Positions 9,375 to 18,815 of a stretch of DNA of 64,000 nt are shown here, piece by piece (within the stretch, counting starts at the first letter, position 1; each line of letters starts with the position of its first letter). This DNA is from an uncultured Alphaproteobacteria bacterium (lineage in GTDB: Bacteria; Pseudomonadota; Alphaproteobacteria; Rhizobiales; Hyphomicrobiaceae): the NCBI GenBank assembly GCA_963761475.1, contig CAVXGT010000019.1, positions 162,494-226,493 on the forward strand, written 5' to 3'. The notes under the pieces are model-generated. The model saw only the letters and a list, made by a program, of their open reading frames with translations. It had not been told where the DNA came from and ran no database searches. Position numbers and translations under genes: made by a program.

Positions 9375-10331
9375 ATGGAGTTTGGCATCAGCACGCTGTC
9401 GCGTGGGCTCTACACCTCACGCGCAGCCTACATGGCTGTGGCCCAGGCGGCGGAGCAGGCCGGCTTCGGCTTCATGTCGGTCAACGATCACCTCATCGTG
9501 CCGGCCAATCTCGGCTCGGCCTATCCCTACACGGTCGGCGGGGTGTGGTCGGCGTCGGAGCATGGGCACTGCTTCGACCAGTTGGCGGCGCTGGCTTTTC
9601 TCGCCGGCTGCACCAGCCGGCTCAGGCTGCTCACATCGGTCATGGTGGTGCCGCACCGGCCACCGATCCAGACGGCGAAGATGATCTCGACCATCGACGT
9701 GCTGTCGAACGGGCGAGTGACCGTCGGCGTCGGCGCGGGGTGGATGGAGGAAGAGTTCAAGCTGCTCGGCGCGCCTTTCAAGGAGCGCGGGGCTGCGACG
9801 GATGAATACCTCGAGGCCTTCAAGGCGCTGTGGACCGAGGATCGGCCGAGCTACCAGGGCAAGCACGTTGCCTTCAAGGATCTGATCTTCGCACCGCGGC
9901 CAGTGCAAAAGCCCAACCCACCGATCTGGGTCGGCGGCGAGGGCGGGGCCGCCATGCGCCGCACGGTCAAGCTCGGGGATGGGTGGTATCCCGGCAATAA
10001 CAACCAGAAAATCCTCTACGATACGCCGGCGCGCTTCGCCAAAGGCATCGCCACGCTCGGTGAGGTCGCCGAGAAGGCGGGTCGGGATCCCAAGAGCATC
10101 GATATCGCGCTCATCGTGCAAGGCCCGTTCGATTGGGTGGAGCACAAAAATAATGATGGAACGGCGCGCCGGATGTTCACGGGCAGTTCGCAGCAGATGG
10201 TCGAAGACGCCAAGGCGCTCAGCGACATCGGTGTCCGCCATGTCGCGTTGCGGCTTGGCGGCGATACGATCACGGAGGCCGTCGAGCGCGTCCAGCGGTT
10301 CGGCGAGGATGTGATCGGCAAGATGAATTAA
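9375..10331 (+). CDS. LLM-class (luciferase-like) flavin/F420-dependent oxidoreductase
   Basis: TIM-barrel LLM family pattern (MEFGISTL..., FGFMSVNDHL, ...PIWVGGEG). ORF 9360..10331. Confidence 0.75.
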   Translation: MEFGISTLSRGLYTSRAAYMAVAQAAEQAGFGFMSVNDHLIVPANLGSAYPYTVGGVWSASEHGHCFDQLAALAFLAGCTSRLRLLTSVMVVPHRPPIQTAKMISTIDVLSNGRVTVGVGAGWMEEEFKLLGAPFKERGAATDEYLEAFKALWTEDRPSYQGKHVAFKDLIFAPRPVQKPNPPIWVGGEGGAAMRRTVKLGDGWYPGNNNQKILYDTPARFAKGIATLGEVAEKAGRDPKSIDIALIVQGPFDWVEHKNNDGTARRMFTGSSQQMVEDAKALSDIGVRHVALRLGGDTITEAVERVQRFGEDVIGKMN

Positions 10332-10397
10332 GGCTTGCGGCTCGACGAACCGCCCAACACGGTGGCCGAGTGGCTGAAAATATGGCGAGAGGGCAGC

Positions 10398-11163
10398 ATG
10401 CCGGTTCTCTACGAGCAATTCGGGGCGGTCGGCGTGTTGACGCTCAGCCGCCCGAAGGCGCGCAACTGCTGGGGCAGCGACTTCAGCGAAGGGCTCGCCG
10501 AGGCTCTGGCACGACTTCGAGGGCGACGACAGCGTTCGGGCCGTGATCATCACCGGCGATGAAGCCGGGCGCGCGTTCTCGGCCGGCGCCGATCTCAAGG
10601 ATCCGGCGACGCATACGATCGAGACGATCTCGGACTTCTTCGCCGAGCTGCCGAAATGGCGACAGTTCGTGGTGCGCCATCTCGATGCCTTTCCCAAGCC
10701 GCTGATCGCGGCGGTCAACGGTTATGCCATCGGCGTCGGTTGCATTCTCACCTACTGCTGCGATCTGATCGTTGCCTCGGAGCGGGCAGAGTGGCGCCAG
10801 CCGCAAGTCTCGCTCGGCATCATCCCAGCGTTCGGCGGCTCGGTCAGGCTGGCTCGCTGGGTCGGCAAAGGGCAGGCGATGAAGCTCTCGATGGGCTTCC
10901 CACTGGATGCTGGCGAAGCCTACAGGATTGGGCTCGCCCAATGGCTCGTGCCGCACGAGCAGCTGGCGGCCAAGGCACACGAGGTCGCGGCCCATCTCGC
11001 AGCCATGCCGCCGCTTGCTGTGCAACTCGCCAAGGAATCGCTCAATCGTGGCCTCGACATCCCGAACCTCGACGATGCCTCCTGGGTCGATGCCTATCGG
11101 TTCATGGCGCTGGGCCTGACGGACGATGCCAAGGCCCGGCACGAGGAATGGCGCCGTCGCTAG
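10398..11163 (+). pseudogene. Enoyl-CoA hydratase/isomerase (crotonase) family protein, interrupted by a single +1 frameshift near 10510
   Basis: The N-terminal part (MPVLYEQFGAVGVLTLSRPKARN...) is in ORF 10335..10562. The rest (…VRAVIITGDEAGRAFSAGADLKD…GGGCIL-like…) is in ORF 10543..11163. Removing one g from 'ctggcac' (about 10508-10512) gives continuous ...EALHDFEGDDSVRAVIITG. Confidence 0.7.
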
Positions 11164-11208
11164 GGCTCCCCCGTCCCCCCCCAAAAAAATCACGAGAGGC
11201 GATACGCG

Positions 11209-13482
11209 ATGCCGAAATCATTCAAAGGCCGGATCGGCCGTACGATCGCAGACTCGACGCCGCATTGGCCCGCCGGCCCGAGACCACCCGAGGGCGCACC
11301 GAACATCCTCGTCGTCCTCTTCGACGACACGGGTTTTTCGGATTTCGGATGCTACGGCTCGTCCATCAAGACGCCGACGATCGACCGGTTGGCGGCTGAA
11401 GGCCTGCGCTACACCGGTCTGCATACCACGGCGATGTGCTCGACCACGCGCGCTGCTCTCCTGACAGGGCGCAACTCGCACTCCGTCGGCCTTGGAAGTC
11501 TCGCCAATTTCGATAGCGGCTATCCCGGCTACCGCGGCAAAATTCGCCGGGAAGCCGGCACGATCGCCGAAATCCTGCGTTCTCACGGCTATCGCAACTA
11601 CATGCTCGGCAAGTGGCATGTGACGCCGCTGACGGAAGCCGGGTCGAGCGGGCCGTTCGACGGCTGGCCATTGGGCCGCGGTTTCGATCGCTACTATGGG
11701 TTCATGGATGCGGAAACCGACCATTACGCGCCGGAGCTGATCCTGGACAATTCCTCGATCGATCCGCCAGCGGGGCCCGACAGCGGTTATCATCTAACAG
11801 CCGATCTGGTCGACAAGGCGATCGGCTTCCTGGCTGGTCACGTGGCGGAGCAACCCGATACGCCTTGGCTGGTGTGGTTGGCGCTCGGCGCCACGCATGC
11901 ACCGCACCAGGCGCCCCGGGACCTCATTCTCGCCTACGACGAGATCTACCGGGGGGGCTGGGATGTGGAACGGGAGCGCCGCCTCGCGCGCCAGCTCGAG
12001 ATGGGGCTTGTGCCTCGCGGAACCCGTTTGCCGCCTCGCAACGACGGGGTCAAAGCGTGGGACGAGCACACGGCCGACGAGCGGCGTTTCTTTACGCGAT
12101 TGCAGGCGGCCTTTGCCGGCATGCTCGACCATGCGGACCAGCAACTGGCGCGGCTGATCGCCTTCCTGGAGCGCGCGGGGCTGCGCGATGACACCATCGT
12201 GCTGGTGCTCTCGGACAACGGTGCCAGCCAGGAAGGGGGGCTGCTCGGCGGGGTGACGCTCGGGCCACGCAACATGCGACCGGAGTTGTGGCCGGAAAAG
12301 CTTCGCCGCCTCGACGACATCGGTGGTCCCAATGCCCACAACAACTTCCCGCACGGCTGGGCGATGGCGTCGAACACGCCGCTGCGCCGATACAAGCAGA
12401 ACACGCACGGCGGCGGCATCCGCGATCCGTTTGTGGTGTCGTGGCCGAAGGGCATCGCGGCGCGGGGGGAGTTGCGGCATCAGTTCGTGCATGTCTCCGA
12501 TGTGCTGCCGACCTTGCTAGAGGTCATCGGCATCGATGCTCCCGAAGAAATCGGGGGCGTTCGGCAATTGCCACTCGAAGGGACGAGCTTCAAGGCGAGC
12601 TTCGGCGACCCGAACGCGGCAAGCAAATCCCAGCCGCAGTATTTCGAGCAGTTCGGGCACCGGGGCATCTGGCGCGACGGCTGGAAAGCCGTCACGTATC
12701 ATGCGATGGGCTCATCCTACGACGAGGATGTGTGGGAGCTTTACCGGCTTGATCTAGATTTCAACGAGACGCGCGATCTTGCCTCGGCCGAGCCGCAGCG
12801 GCTCGAGGGGCTGGTCAAGCTCTGGTGGGAGCTGGCGAAGCAACACAACGTGCTGCCGCTGGACGACCGCTTCGGGGTTCGCTTCGTCGAGAACGCCAAC
12901 CGGTTTCACGGCAAGCGCACGCGCTATGTGATGCATGCGGGCATGGGGCATGTTCCGACGGAGGTTGCTCCCGATCTGAGGAGCCGCAGCTATCTGATCG
13001 AGGCCTTCGTGGATTTGGCCGGCGGCGGCGACGGCGTGCTGATCGCGCACGGCGATGCGACCTCGGGTTACAGCCTCTACGTTCAGGATGGGCATGTCGT
13101 GCACGACTTGAATGTTGGTGGCGAGCACGTGATCCTGCGCTCCGATGTCAAAATACCCACGCACGGGGCGCATCGCTTCGGGGTCAGGGCACGGAGGCTC
13201 AAGCAGTACGCGTGGCCAACATTGAAGACAGGCGCGGGCACCACCGAATTCACACTTTTGATCGACGGCAAGGACGTCGGCCGGAAAGTCACGGACCTGG
13301 GCTTGCCTGCCTTCATCTCGTGGTCGGGGCTGGATATCGGGCAGGACCGGGGAACGCCGGTGTCGCACTACAATGCGCCTTTCGCCTTTACGGGGACGCT
13401 GCTCAAAGTCGAGGTCACGATGGATCTCGACCAGGCCCTGGACGGAGATGTGGTCGGGCAGGCCGTCATGGCGAAAGAGTGA
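11209..13482 (+). CDS. Arylsulfatase (large about 757-aa AtsD-like sulfatase) with non-canonical C-S-T-T-R active-site motif
   Basis: N-terminal sulfatase domain (VVLFDDTGFSDFGCYGS...TPTIDRLAAEGLRYTGLHTTAMCSTTRAALLTGRNSHSVG; GKWH; DNG). A C8A7 homopolymer tract lies just upstream of the RBS. Confidence 0.85.
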   Translation: MPKSFKGRIGRTIADSTPHWPAGPRPPEGAPNILVVLFDDTGFSDFGCYGSSIKTPTIDRLAAEGLRYTGLHTTAMCSTTRAALLTGRNSHSVGLGSLANFDSGYPGYRGKIRREAGTIAEILRSHGYRNYMLGKWHVTPLTEAGSSGPFDGWPLGRGFDRYYGFMDAETDHYAPELILDNSSIDPPAGPDSGYHLTADLVDKAIGFLAGHVAEQPDTPWLVWLALGATHAPHQAPRDLILAYDEIYRGGWDVERERRLARQLEMGLVPRGTRLPPRNDGVKAWDEHTADERRFFTRLQAAFAGMLDHADQQLARLIAFLERAGLRDDTIVLVLSDNGASQEGGLLGGVTLGPRNMRPELWPEKLRRLDDIGGPNAHNNFPHGWAMASNTPLRRYKQNTHGGGIRDPFVVSWPKGIAARGELRHQFVHVSDVLPTLLEVIGIDAPEEIGGVRQLPLEGTSFKASFGDPNAASKSQPQYFEQFGHRGIWRDGWKAVTYHAMGSSYDEDVWELYRLDLDFNETRDLASAEPQRLEGLVKLWWELAKQHNVLPLDDRFGVRFVENANRFHGKRTRYVMHAGMGHVPTEVAPDLRSRSYLIEAFVDLAGGGDGVLIAHGDATSGYSLYVQDGHVVHDLNVGGEHVILRSDVKIPTHGAHRFGVRARRLKQYAWPTLKTGAGTTEFTLLIDGKDVGRKVTDLGLPAFISWSGLDIGQDRGTPVSHYNAPFAFTGTLLKVEVTMDLDQALDGDVVGQAVMAKE

Positions 13483-13583
13483 TCATGGACCCGGCTTTGG
13501 CGCGCTTGCGTGTCCGGGCCCGGAAGAACGCGCAGGATCGGCGCCGATACCGGCTTGCCGTGTGATAAAAGCGAGGAACGAGA

Positions 13584-14303
13584 GTGGCAGATAAATCCAA
13601 TTCCAAAGTCGTGCGGGTCATGAGCGGGCTGGCGCTGGAGGTGGCAGTCAATCGCTGGCTGAAACCGCAGTTCGAGGCCGAGACCGGCCTGGTGCTGGAG
13701 ATGGACTGGCGCCCGACGGCAGCAATCATGAAGTCGATCGAGGCTGGCGAACGGGCCGACGTGGTGATCGCGATCAGCGATTCGATGGACCGGCTGGTGA
13801 CGTCGGGCATCGTGCGAGCCGAGACCCGTTCGCCATTGGCCGATGCGGTGCTGGGCGTCGGTGTCGCCAGCGGCGCGCCGCGTCCGGATGTGTCCACGCT
13901 CGAGGCGTTCAAGGCGGCCATGGTGGGCGCGCGCGGCGTTGCCTACTCGCAGGCCGGCGCCAGCGGTATCTATTTCGCCAAACTGATCGACCAGCTCGGG
14001 ATCGGGGACGCAGTGCGCGCCAAGGGCGTGACGATCCCGATGGGCTTTACGGGTGAGAAAGTGGTGAGCGGGGAGGCGGAGCTGGCGATCCAGCAGGTGA
14101 GCGAGCTGATGACGGTCGCCGGCATCGATGTTGCCGGGCCGTTTCCGCCGGAGATTCAGGTGGCTTCGCGGTTCGACGCGGCGCTGTTCGCTGAGGCTGC
14201 CAATGACGCCGGGGCCAGGCGGCTGCTGACACTGTTGACCTCGCCGGCAGCCGATACCGCCTACCGAAACGGTGGGCTTGTTTCGCGCCTCGTTGCGGCT
14301 TGA
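13584..14303 (+). CDS. ModA/TupA-like (PBP type-2 fold) substrate-binding domain protein lacking a signal peptide
   Basis: 239 aa. MADKSNSKVVRVMSGLALEVAVN... resembles molybdate/oxyanion-binding proteins but has no N-terminal signal sequence. Its stop overlaps the next gene. Confidence 0.5.
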   Translation: MADKSNSKVVRVMSGLALEVAVNRWLKPQFEAETGLVLEMDWRPTAAIMKSIEAGERADVVIAISDSMDRLVTSGIVRAETRSPLADAVLGVGVASGAPRPDVSTLEAFKAAMVGARGVAYSQAGASGIYFAKLIDQLGIGDAVRAKGVTIPMGFTGEKVVSGEAELAIQQVSELMTVAGIDVAGPFPPEIQVASRFDAALFAEAANDAGARRLLTLLTSPAADTAYRNGGLVSRLVAA

Positions 14304-14323
14304 CCGGCAAAATGGAGAGACCC

Positions 14324-14992
14324 ATGCCCACGAAACCCCGCATTGTGCTGCTGCACGGCACGCCGGTCGCGATGGAGCCGATCCAGCGGTCGTTCGCCAA
14401 CCGTTTTCCCGAAGCCGAGACCGTCGACCTGCTCGATGCCTCGCTGTCGATCGACCGGGCCAAGGACCACGCGCTGACGCCGCGCATGTTCGAGCGCTTC
14501 ATGGAGCTTGGCAACTATGCCGACAGCATCGGCGCCGATGGCATCCTGGTGACCTGCTCGGCGTTCGGGCCGGCGATCGAGCGCATGGGGCGCGAGCTCA
14601 CGATCCCCGTGCTAAAGCCCAACGAGGCGATGTTTCGGGCTGCCGTCGGCAAGGGCAAGCGGATCGGCATGCTGGCGACGTTTGCGCCATCGGTGCTGAC
14701 CATGACGGAGGAGTTCGAGGCGTTCGTGGCTGAGAGCGGCTCGGGTGCGCAGTTGCACACGATCGTCGTCGAAGGGGCGATGGATGCGTTACGCAAGGGC
14801 GATGCTGAAACGCACAATCGGCTGGTTGGCGCGCGTGCGCCCGAGCTTGCCGACTGCGATGCCATCATGCTCGCGCACTTCTCGACATCGCGGGCGCTGG
14901 AAAAAACGCAAGCAGCAGTGTCGGTGCCGGTTCTGACGTCGCCGGATGCGGCAGCGGACCAGATGCGGGCTTTGCTCGGCAATAGCGGTTGA
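14324..14992 (+). CDS. Asp/Glu/hydantoin racemase family protein
   Basis: Two-domain racemase fold with conserved Cys (VTCSAFG) and the second-domain MLAHFS motif. The ORF starts at TTG 14300; ATG 14324 follows a GGAGAG RBS. Confidence 0.65.
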   Translation: MPTKPRIVLLHGTPVAMEPIQRSFANRFPEAETVDLLDASLSIDRAKDHALTPRMFERFMELGNYADSIGADGILVTCSAFGPAIERMGRELTIPVLKPNEAMFRAAVGKGKRIGMLATFAPSVLTMTEEFEAFVAESGSGAQLHTIVVEGAMDALRKGDAETHNRLVGARAPELADCDAIMLAHFSTSRALEKTQAAVSVPVLTSPDAAADQMRALLGNSG

Positions 14993-15037
14993 GGGGCCCG
15001 AGGCGGCCCGCGTCCGACGGCTGCGGGCGGCGTGGCG

Positions 15038-15913
15038 TCAGGCGAAGCGCAGTTTCATCTCTGCGGCGAGCGCGCCCTCCTTGTCGATCCCCCAGGCCGT
15101 CATGCGACCTCCATCGGGCGCGCTGCCGGCGATGCGCAGGGTGTCGCCGACCCAGAGCGGGCGCATCAGGCGCGCCTCGAAGCCGGCGAGTGGGTGGGCC
15201 AACTCGCGGCCTGCGGCATCGAGGATCAATTGCATGGTGAGGCCGCCGTTCTGGACGACGCCCTGGTAACCCTCCACGCCGCGCGTGTAGTCGGCGTCAT
15301 AGTGGATGCGGTGCGCATTCCAGGTGATGGCGGAATAGCGGAACACCAGCGAAGAGGCGAGCTCGACGGTGTGGGACCAGGCGGCGCCGGCGGGCGGCTC
15401 GACGCGGGCGGGTAGCGGGTTACTGGCGCCGGGCGGCAAGCCCTCGCGATAGAAAGCGTCGAACTCCTCGGTGGCGATCGTCTGGCCGGCGGTGGCGAAG
15501 GTGTGGCGCATGGTGAGGATGATCATGTGGCCGGAGCGGGCGTGTTTGTGCTCGACACCTGTCACCTCGGCGGTGCGCGTTGCGGGTTCGCCGACAACGA
15601 GAGAGCCGGCCATCTCGACGCGTCGGCCTGCAGCCATGCGGCGGGGGAGCGGTATCGGCGGCAGGAACAGGCCCTTTCGCGGATGGCCGTCGGGGCCGAT
15701 GTCGCTCTGCATGGCGTTTGACGCAAAGAACATCGAGAACCAGTGGCGGGGGAGTGGTGTGCCGCGCCGGAACTTGGCGGGGTCAACGTCCAGCATGGCG
15801 GCCACGCGCTGCACCGTGGTCAAGTCGATCTCGTCCTCGACGACCTCGCGGCGGCCGATCCAAGATGTCAGCTCGGGCATGGCGGTGGCAATGGTCTCGT
15901 CGATGGTGGACAT
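15038..15913 (-). CDS. MaoC-like (R)-specific enoyl-CoA hydratase/dehydratase, double hot-dog
   Basis: 291 aa with N- and C-terminal hot-dog halves (…AITWNAHRIHYDADYTR… in the C-terminal half). Confidence 0.7.
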   Translation of the reverse strand: MSTIDETIATAMPELTSWIGRREVVEDEIDLTTVQRVAAMLDVDPAKFRRGTPLPRHWFSMFFASNAMQSDIGPDGHPRKGLFLPPIPLPRRMAAGRRVEMAGSLVVGEPATRTAEVTGVEHKHARSGHMIILTMRHTFATAGQTIATEEFDAFYREGLPPGASNPLPARVEPPAGAAWSHTVELASSLVFRYSAITWNAHRIHYDADYTRGVEGYQGVVQNGGLTMQLILDAAGRELAHPLAGFEARLMRPLWVGDTLRIAGSAPDGGRMTAWGIDKEGALAAEMKLRFA

Positions 15914-16076
15914 CCGGGTTTCCCTCAGGTTTTCCGCGATAAACCGTGGCAGAGCCCGCTGTGCAGTCGTGATCTCGACACTGCGGCTTCACGCGGGGAT
16001 TTCACTTATGCCATGCTGACCGGGAGCCGTCCCGAGGTCCAGACCCCAACCCAGTGAGCAACCCCGAGGAGCATGC

Positions 16077-17627
16077 ATGTATCCTGGCAAACATGCCGTT
16101 CGCCTGGCCGAGCAGCCGGCTGTCATCATGGCGGGCTCGGGTGAGACGATCACCTATCGGGAGCTCGAGCAGCGGTCGAACCGGCTGGCGCATCTGCTGC
16201 GGCGCGCGGGGCTCAAGCCGCGCGACCACTATGCGATCTTCATGGAGAACACGGCGCGCTACGTCGAGTGCTGCTCGGCCGGGGCACGGTCCGGCCTCTA
16301 CTACACCTGCATAAACTCCTACCTCAACGCGGACGAACTCGCCTACATCGTCAACAACAGTGAATCGCGTGTGTTGATCATATCGGAGGCCAAGCGCGCG
16401 GTCGCCTTGGCGGCGCTGGCGCATTGCCCGGCGATCGAGCTGGTGATCGTCGTCGACGGGGCCGGCCATGGCGCGCGAATCGTCAACCTCGATGAGGCGA
16501 CGACGGGGTTGCCCGACACGCCGATCGGGGACGAACGTCTGGGCATTGCCATGCTCTATTCGTCAGGGACGACGGGCCGGCCGAAGGGGGTGTTGAAGGC
16601 GCTACCCGACATGCCGCCCGACGGCAACCTGCCGCTTGCGGCCTTCGTCACCGAGCACTGGCGCTATCGCGAAGGCATGATCTACCTGTCGCCGGCGCCG
16701 CTGTATCACGCAGCGCCCCAGACGGCGGTCGGTCTCACCATCCGCATCGGCGGCACGGCGATCATCATGGAGCGGTTCGACGCCGAGCAGTTCCTAGGCC
16801 TGGTGGAAAAGTACGGCGTCACCCACAGCCAGCTTGTGCCGACCATGTTCTCGCGCATGCTGAAGCTGCCGGATGAGGTGCGCCGACGCTACGATCACAG
16901 TTCCCTGGAGGCGATCGTGCATGCGGCGGCACCCTGCCCGATCCCAGTAAAGGAGCAGATGATCGACTGGTGGGGGCCGATCATTCACGAGTACTACGGG
17001 GCGACAGAGGGCAACGGCCTCAGCGTCTGCAATTCGGAGGAATGGCTTGCGCACAAGGGCACGGTCGGGCGGGTGGTATTCGGCAAGCTGCACATTCTCG
17101 ACGACGAGATGAAGCCTTGTCCCGCGGGCAAAGCCGGCACGCTCTGGTTCGAGACGCCGACGCCGTTCGAGTATTTCAACGATCCCGTCAAGACGGCGGA
17201 GGCGCGGTCGGCCGACGGTACGCTGACGACGATCGGGGACATCGGTTATCTCGACGGGGAGAGCTATCTCTACCTCACGGATCGCGCCACCTTCATGATC
17301 ATCTCGGGCGGGGTCAACATCTACCCGCAGGAGGCGGAAAACCTGCTGATCACTCACGACAAGGTGGCGGATGCGGCCGTGTTCGGGGTGCCCAACGCCG
17401 ACCTTGGCGAGGAGGTCAAGGCGGTTGTGCAGCTGATGCCGGGCGTCAGTGGCAGCGCCCAGATGGAGCAGGAGCTCATCCAGTTCTGCCGCGATCATCT
17501 TGCGCACATCAAGTGCCCACGCTCGATCGATTTCGAGGCGGAGCTGCCGCGGCTGCCGACGGGCAAGCTCTACAAGCGGGTGCTACGCGATCGCTATTGG
17601 CAGGGCCACGCCAGCCGCATCGTGTGA
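16077..17627 (+). CDS. Acyl-CoA synthetase (AMP-dependent synthetase/ligase, FadD-like)
   Basis: AMP-binding motif YSSGTTGRPKGV and the YGxTE motif HEYYGATEG. 516 aa. Confidence 0.85.
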   Translation: MYPGKHAVRLAEQPAVIMAGSGETITYRELEQRSNRLAHLLRRAGLKPRDHYAIFMENTARYVECCSAGARSGLYYTCINSYLNADELAYIVNNSESRVLIISEAKRAVALAALAHCPAIELVIVVDGAGHGARIVNLDEATTGLPDTPIGDERLGIAMLYSSGTTGRPKGVLKALPDMPPDGNLPLAAFVTEHWRYREGMIYLSPAPLYHAAPQTAVGLTIRIGGTAIIMERFDAEQFLGLVEKYGVTHSQLVPTMFSRMLKLPDEVRRRYDHSSLEAIVHAAAPCPIPVKEQMIDWWGPIIHEYYGATEGNGLSVCNSEEWLAHKGTVGRVVFGKLHILDDEMKPCPAGKAGTLWFETPTPFEYFNDPVKTAEARSADGTLTTIGDIGYLDGESYLYLTDRATFMIISGGVNIYPQEAENLLITHDKVADAAVFGVPNADLGEEVKAVVQLMPGVSGSAQMEQELIQFCRDHLAHIKCPRSIDFEAELPRLPTGKLYKRVLRDRYWQGHASRIV

Positions 17628-17669
17628 GCCTGCGGCACCAAGGGAGTTACCTACTGAAGCGCCCGCGGC

Positions 17670-18431
17670 TCAGCCTTCCATGATGCCGGCGATGGTGAAG
17701 CCGCCGTCGGCGCACCAGGTGTGGCCCGTGGTGAAGCTAGCCTCGCCGGATGCCAGGAAGGCTACGACGGCTGCGATCTCCTCGGGCTTGCCCCAGCGCT
17801 TGAGCGGCATGCGGGAGGTGACGCTCGGCCAGGGCACGTCGGGCTGGTCGTCGCGGGTCTTGGTGGGCCCGGGGGCGACGGCGTTGACCAGGATGTTGTG
17901 TTCGGCGAGTTCGATGGCGAGCGACTGGGTGAGGTTGATCACGCCGGCCTTGCTGGCGCCGTAGGCAATGCGGCCACGGCCGCCGAAGAAGCCCGAGTTG
18001 GACGCGATGTTGACGATGCGGCCGCCATGGCCCTGCTCGATCATGCGGCGGGCTGCGAGCTGGGCCGAGACGAAAGTGCCGTAGAGATTAGTGTCAAGGA
18101 TTCGATGCCAGAGCTCGTCGGTCATGTCGAGAGCGGGCGCGCGGTCCATGATGCCGGCGACGTTGACCAGGATGTCGAGCCGGCCGAGCTCGGTTGTTGT
18201 GCGGTCAATCAGTGCTTGCACCGATTTGCGCTCGCGCACGTCTACCGCGTGACCGATGGCAACGCCACCGGCGGCGTTGATCACGGCGGCGTGGGCGTCG
18301 GCTGCCGACTGCGAGAGGTCGGCTGCGACCACGGCTGCGCCATCGGCGGCGAGGCGGGAGGCGACGGCGGCGCCGATGCCGTGACCGGAGCCGGTGACAA
18401 TTGCTGTCTGGCCTGTAAGGCGTTGCGTCAT
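17670..18431 (-). CDS. SDR-family oxidoreductase
   Basis: TGxxxGIG (AIVTGSGHGIGAAVA), NAG, and the catalytic Y-x3-K (YGASKAG). ORF to 18578; start at MTQRL. Confidence 0.8.
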   Translation of the reverse strand: MTQRLTGQTAIVTGSGHGIGAAVASRLAADGAAVVAADLSQSAADAHAAVINAAGGVAIGHAVDVRERKSVQALIDRTTTELGRLDILVNVAGIMDRAPALDMTDELWHRILDTNLYGTFVSAQLAARRMIEQGHGGRIVNIASNSGFFGGRGRIAYGASKAGVINLTQSLAIELAEHNILVNAVAPGPTKTRDDQPDVPWPSVTSRMPLKRWGKPEEIAAVVAFLASGEASFTTGHTWCADGGFTIAGIMEG

Positions 18432-18580
18432 GACGAACTCCTGGTTGGTGTGTACGGTGGCGGTTGTTTCTTGCGCGAAAGGCGGACTAGATGGTTGGCG
18501 GTGGGCAGTCAACGCGGCGGCGCGTCGGCCGATAACGGGCTCGTCTACAACCCCAATCCTGTGCCAACCCGGGAGCACGC

Positions 18581-18775
18581 GTGCAGAGCATTATTCGAAT
18601 CTGGTTCCTGGCGACGGCCGTGTTCCTCGCTGGGGCATTCATCTGGGCATTCGTGCCGGTATTGGTGCCCGTGATCCTCCTGGCGCTGGGGATCGGCGGG
18701 CTGGTTGCGGTAATCGTGGGGGCGGCACGCCGGCTGGAGCGGTCGCGGGCGAAGGCTCGCCCGCACGGGGAATAG
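18581..18775 (+). CDS. Small two-TM membrane protein (hypothetical, 64 aa)
   Basis: MQSIIRIWFLATAVFLAGAFIWAFVPVLVPVILLALGIGGLVAVIVGAARRL...; hydrophobic, with no homology recognised. Confidence 0.35.
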   Translation: MQSIIRIWFLATAVFLAGAFIWAFVPVLVPVILLALGIGGLVAVIVGAARRLERSRAKARPHGE

Positions 18776-18815
18776 GCGGCATGGCGATCGACGATTGCCG
18801 ATGGCGCATCCCCGC

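Noticed and set aside
9417-10718. 433-aa minus-strand ORF spanning the LLM oxidoreductase and crotonase genes
   Set aside because: Antisense to two well-supported plus-strand genes. No domain-like pattern.
11794-12492. Several 150-230-aa ORFs on both strands inside the arylsulfatase gene
   Set aside because: Nested alternate-frame ORFs in a GC-rich CDS. The sulfatase frame is continuous and homologous over 757 aa.
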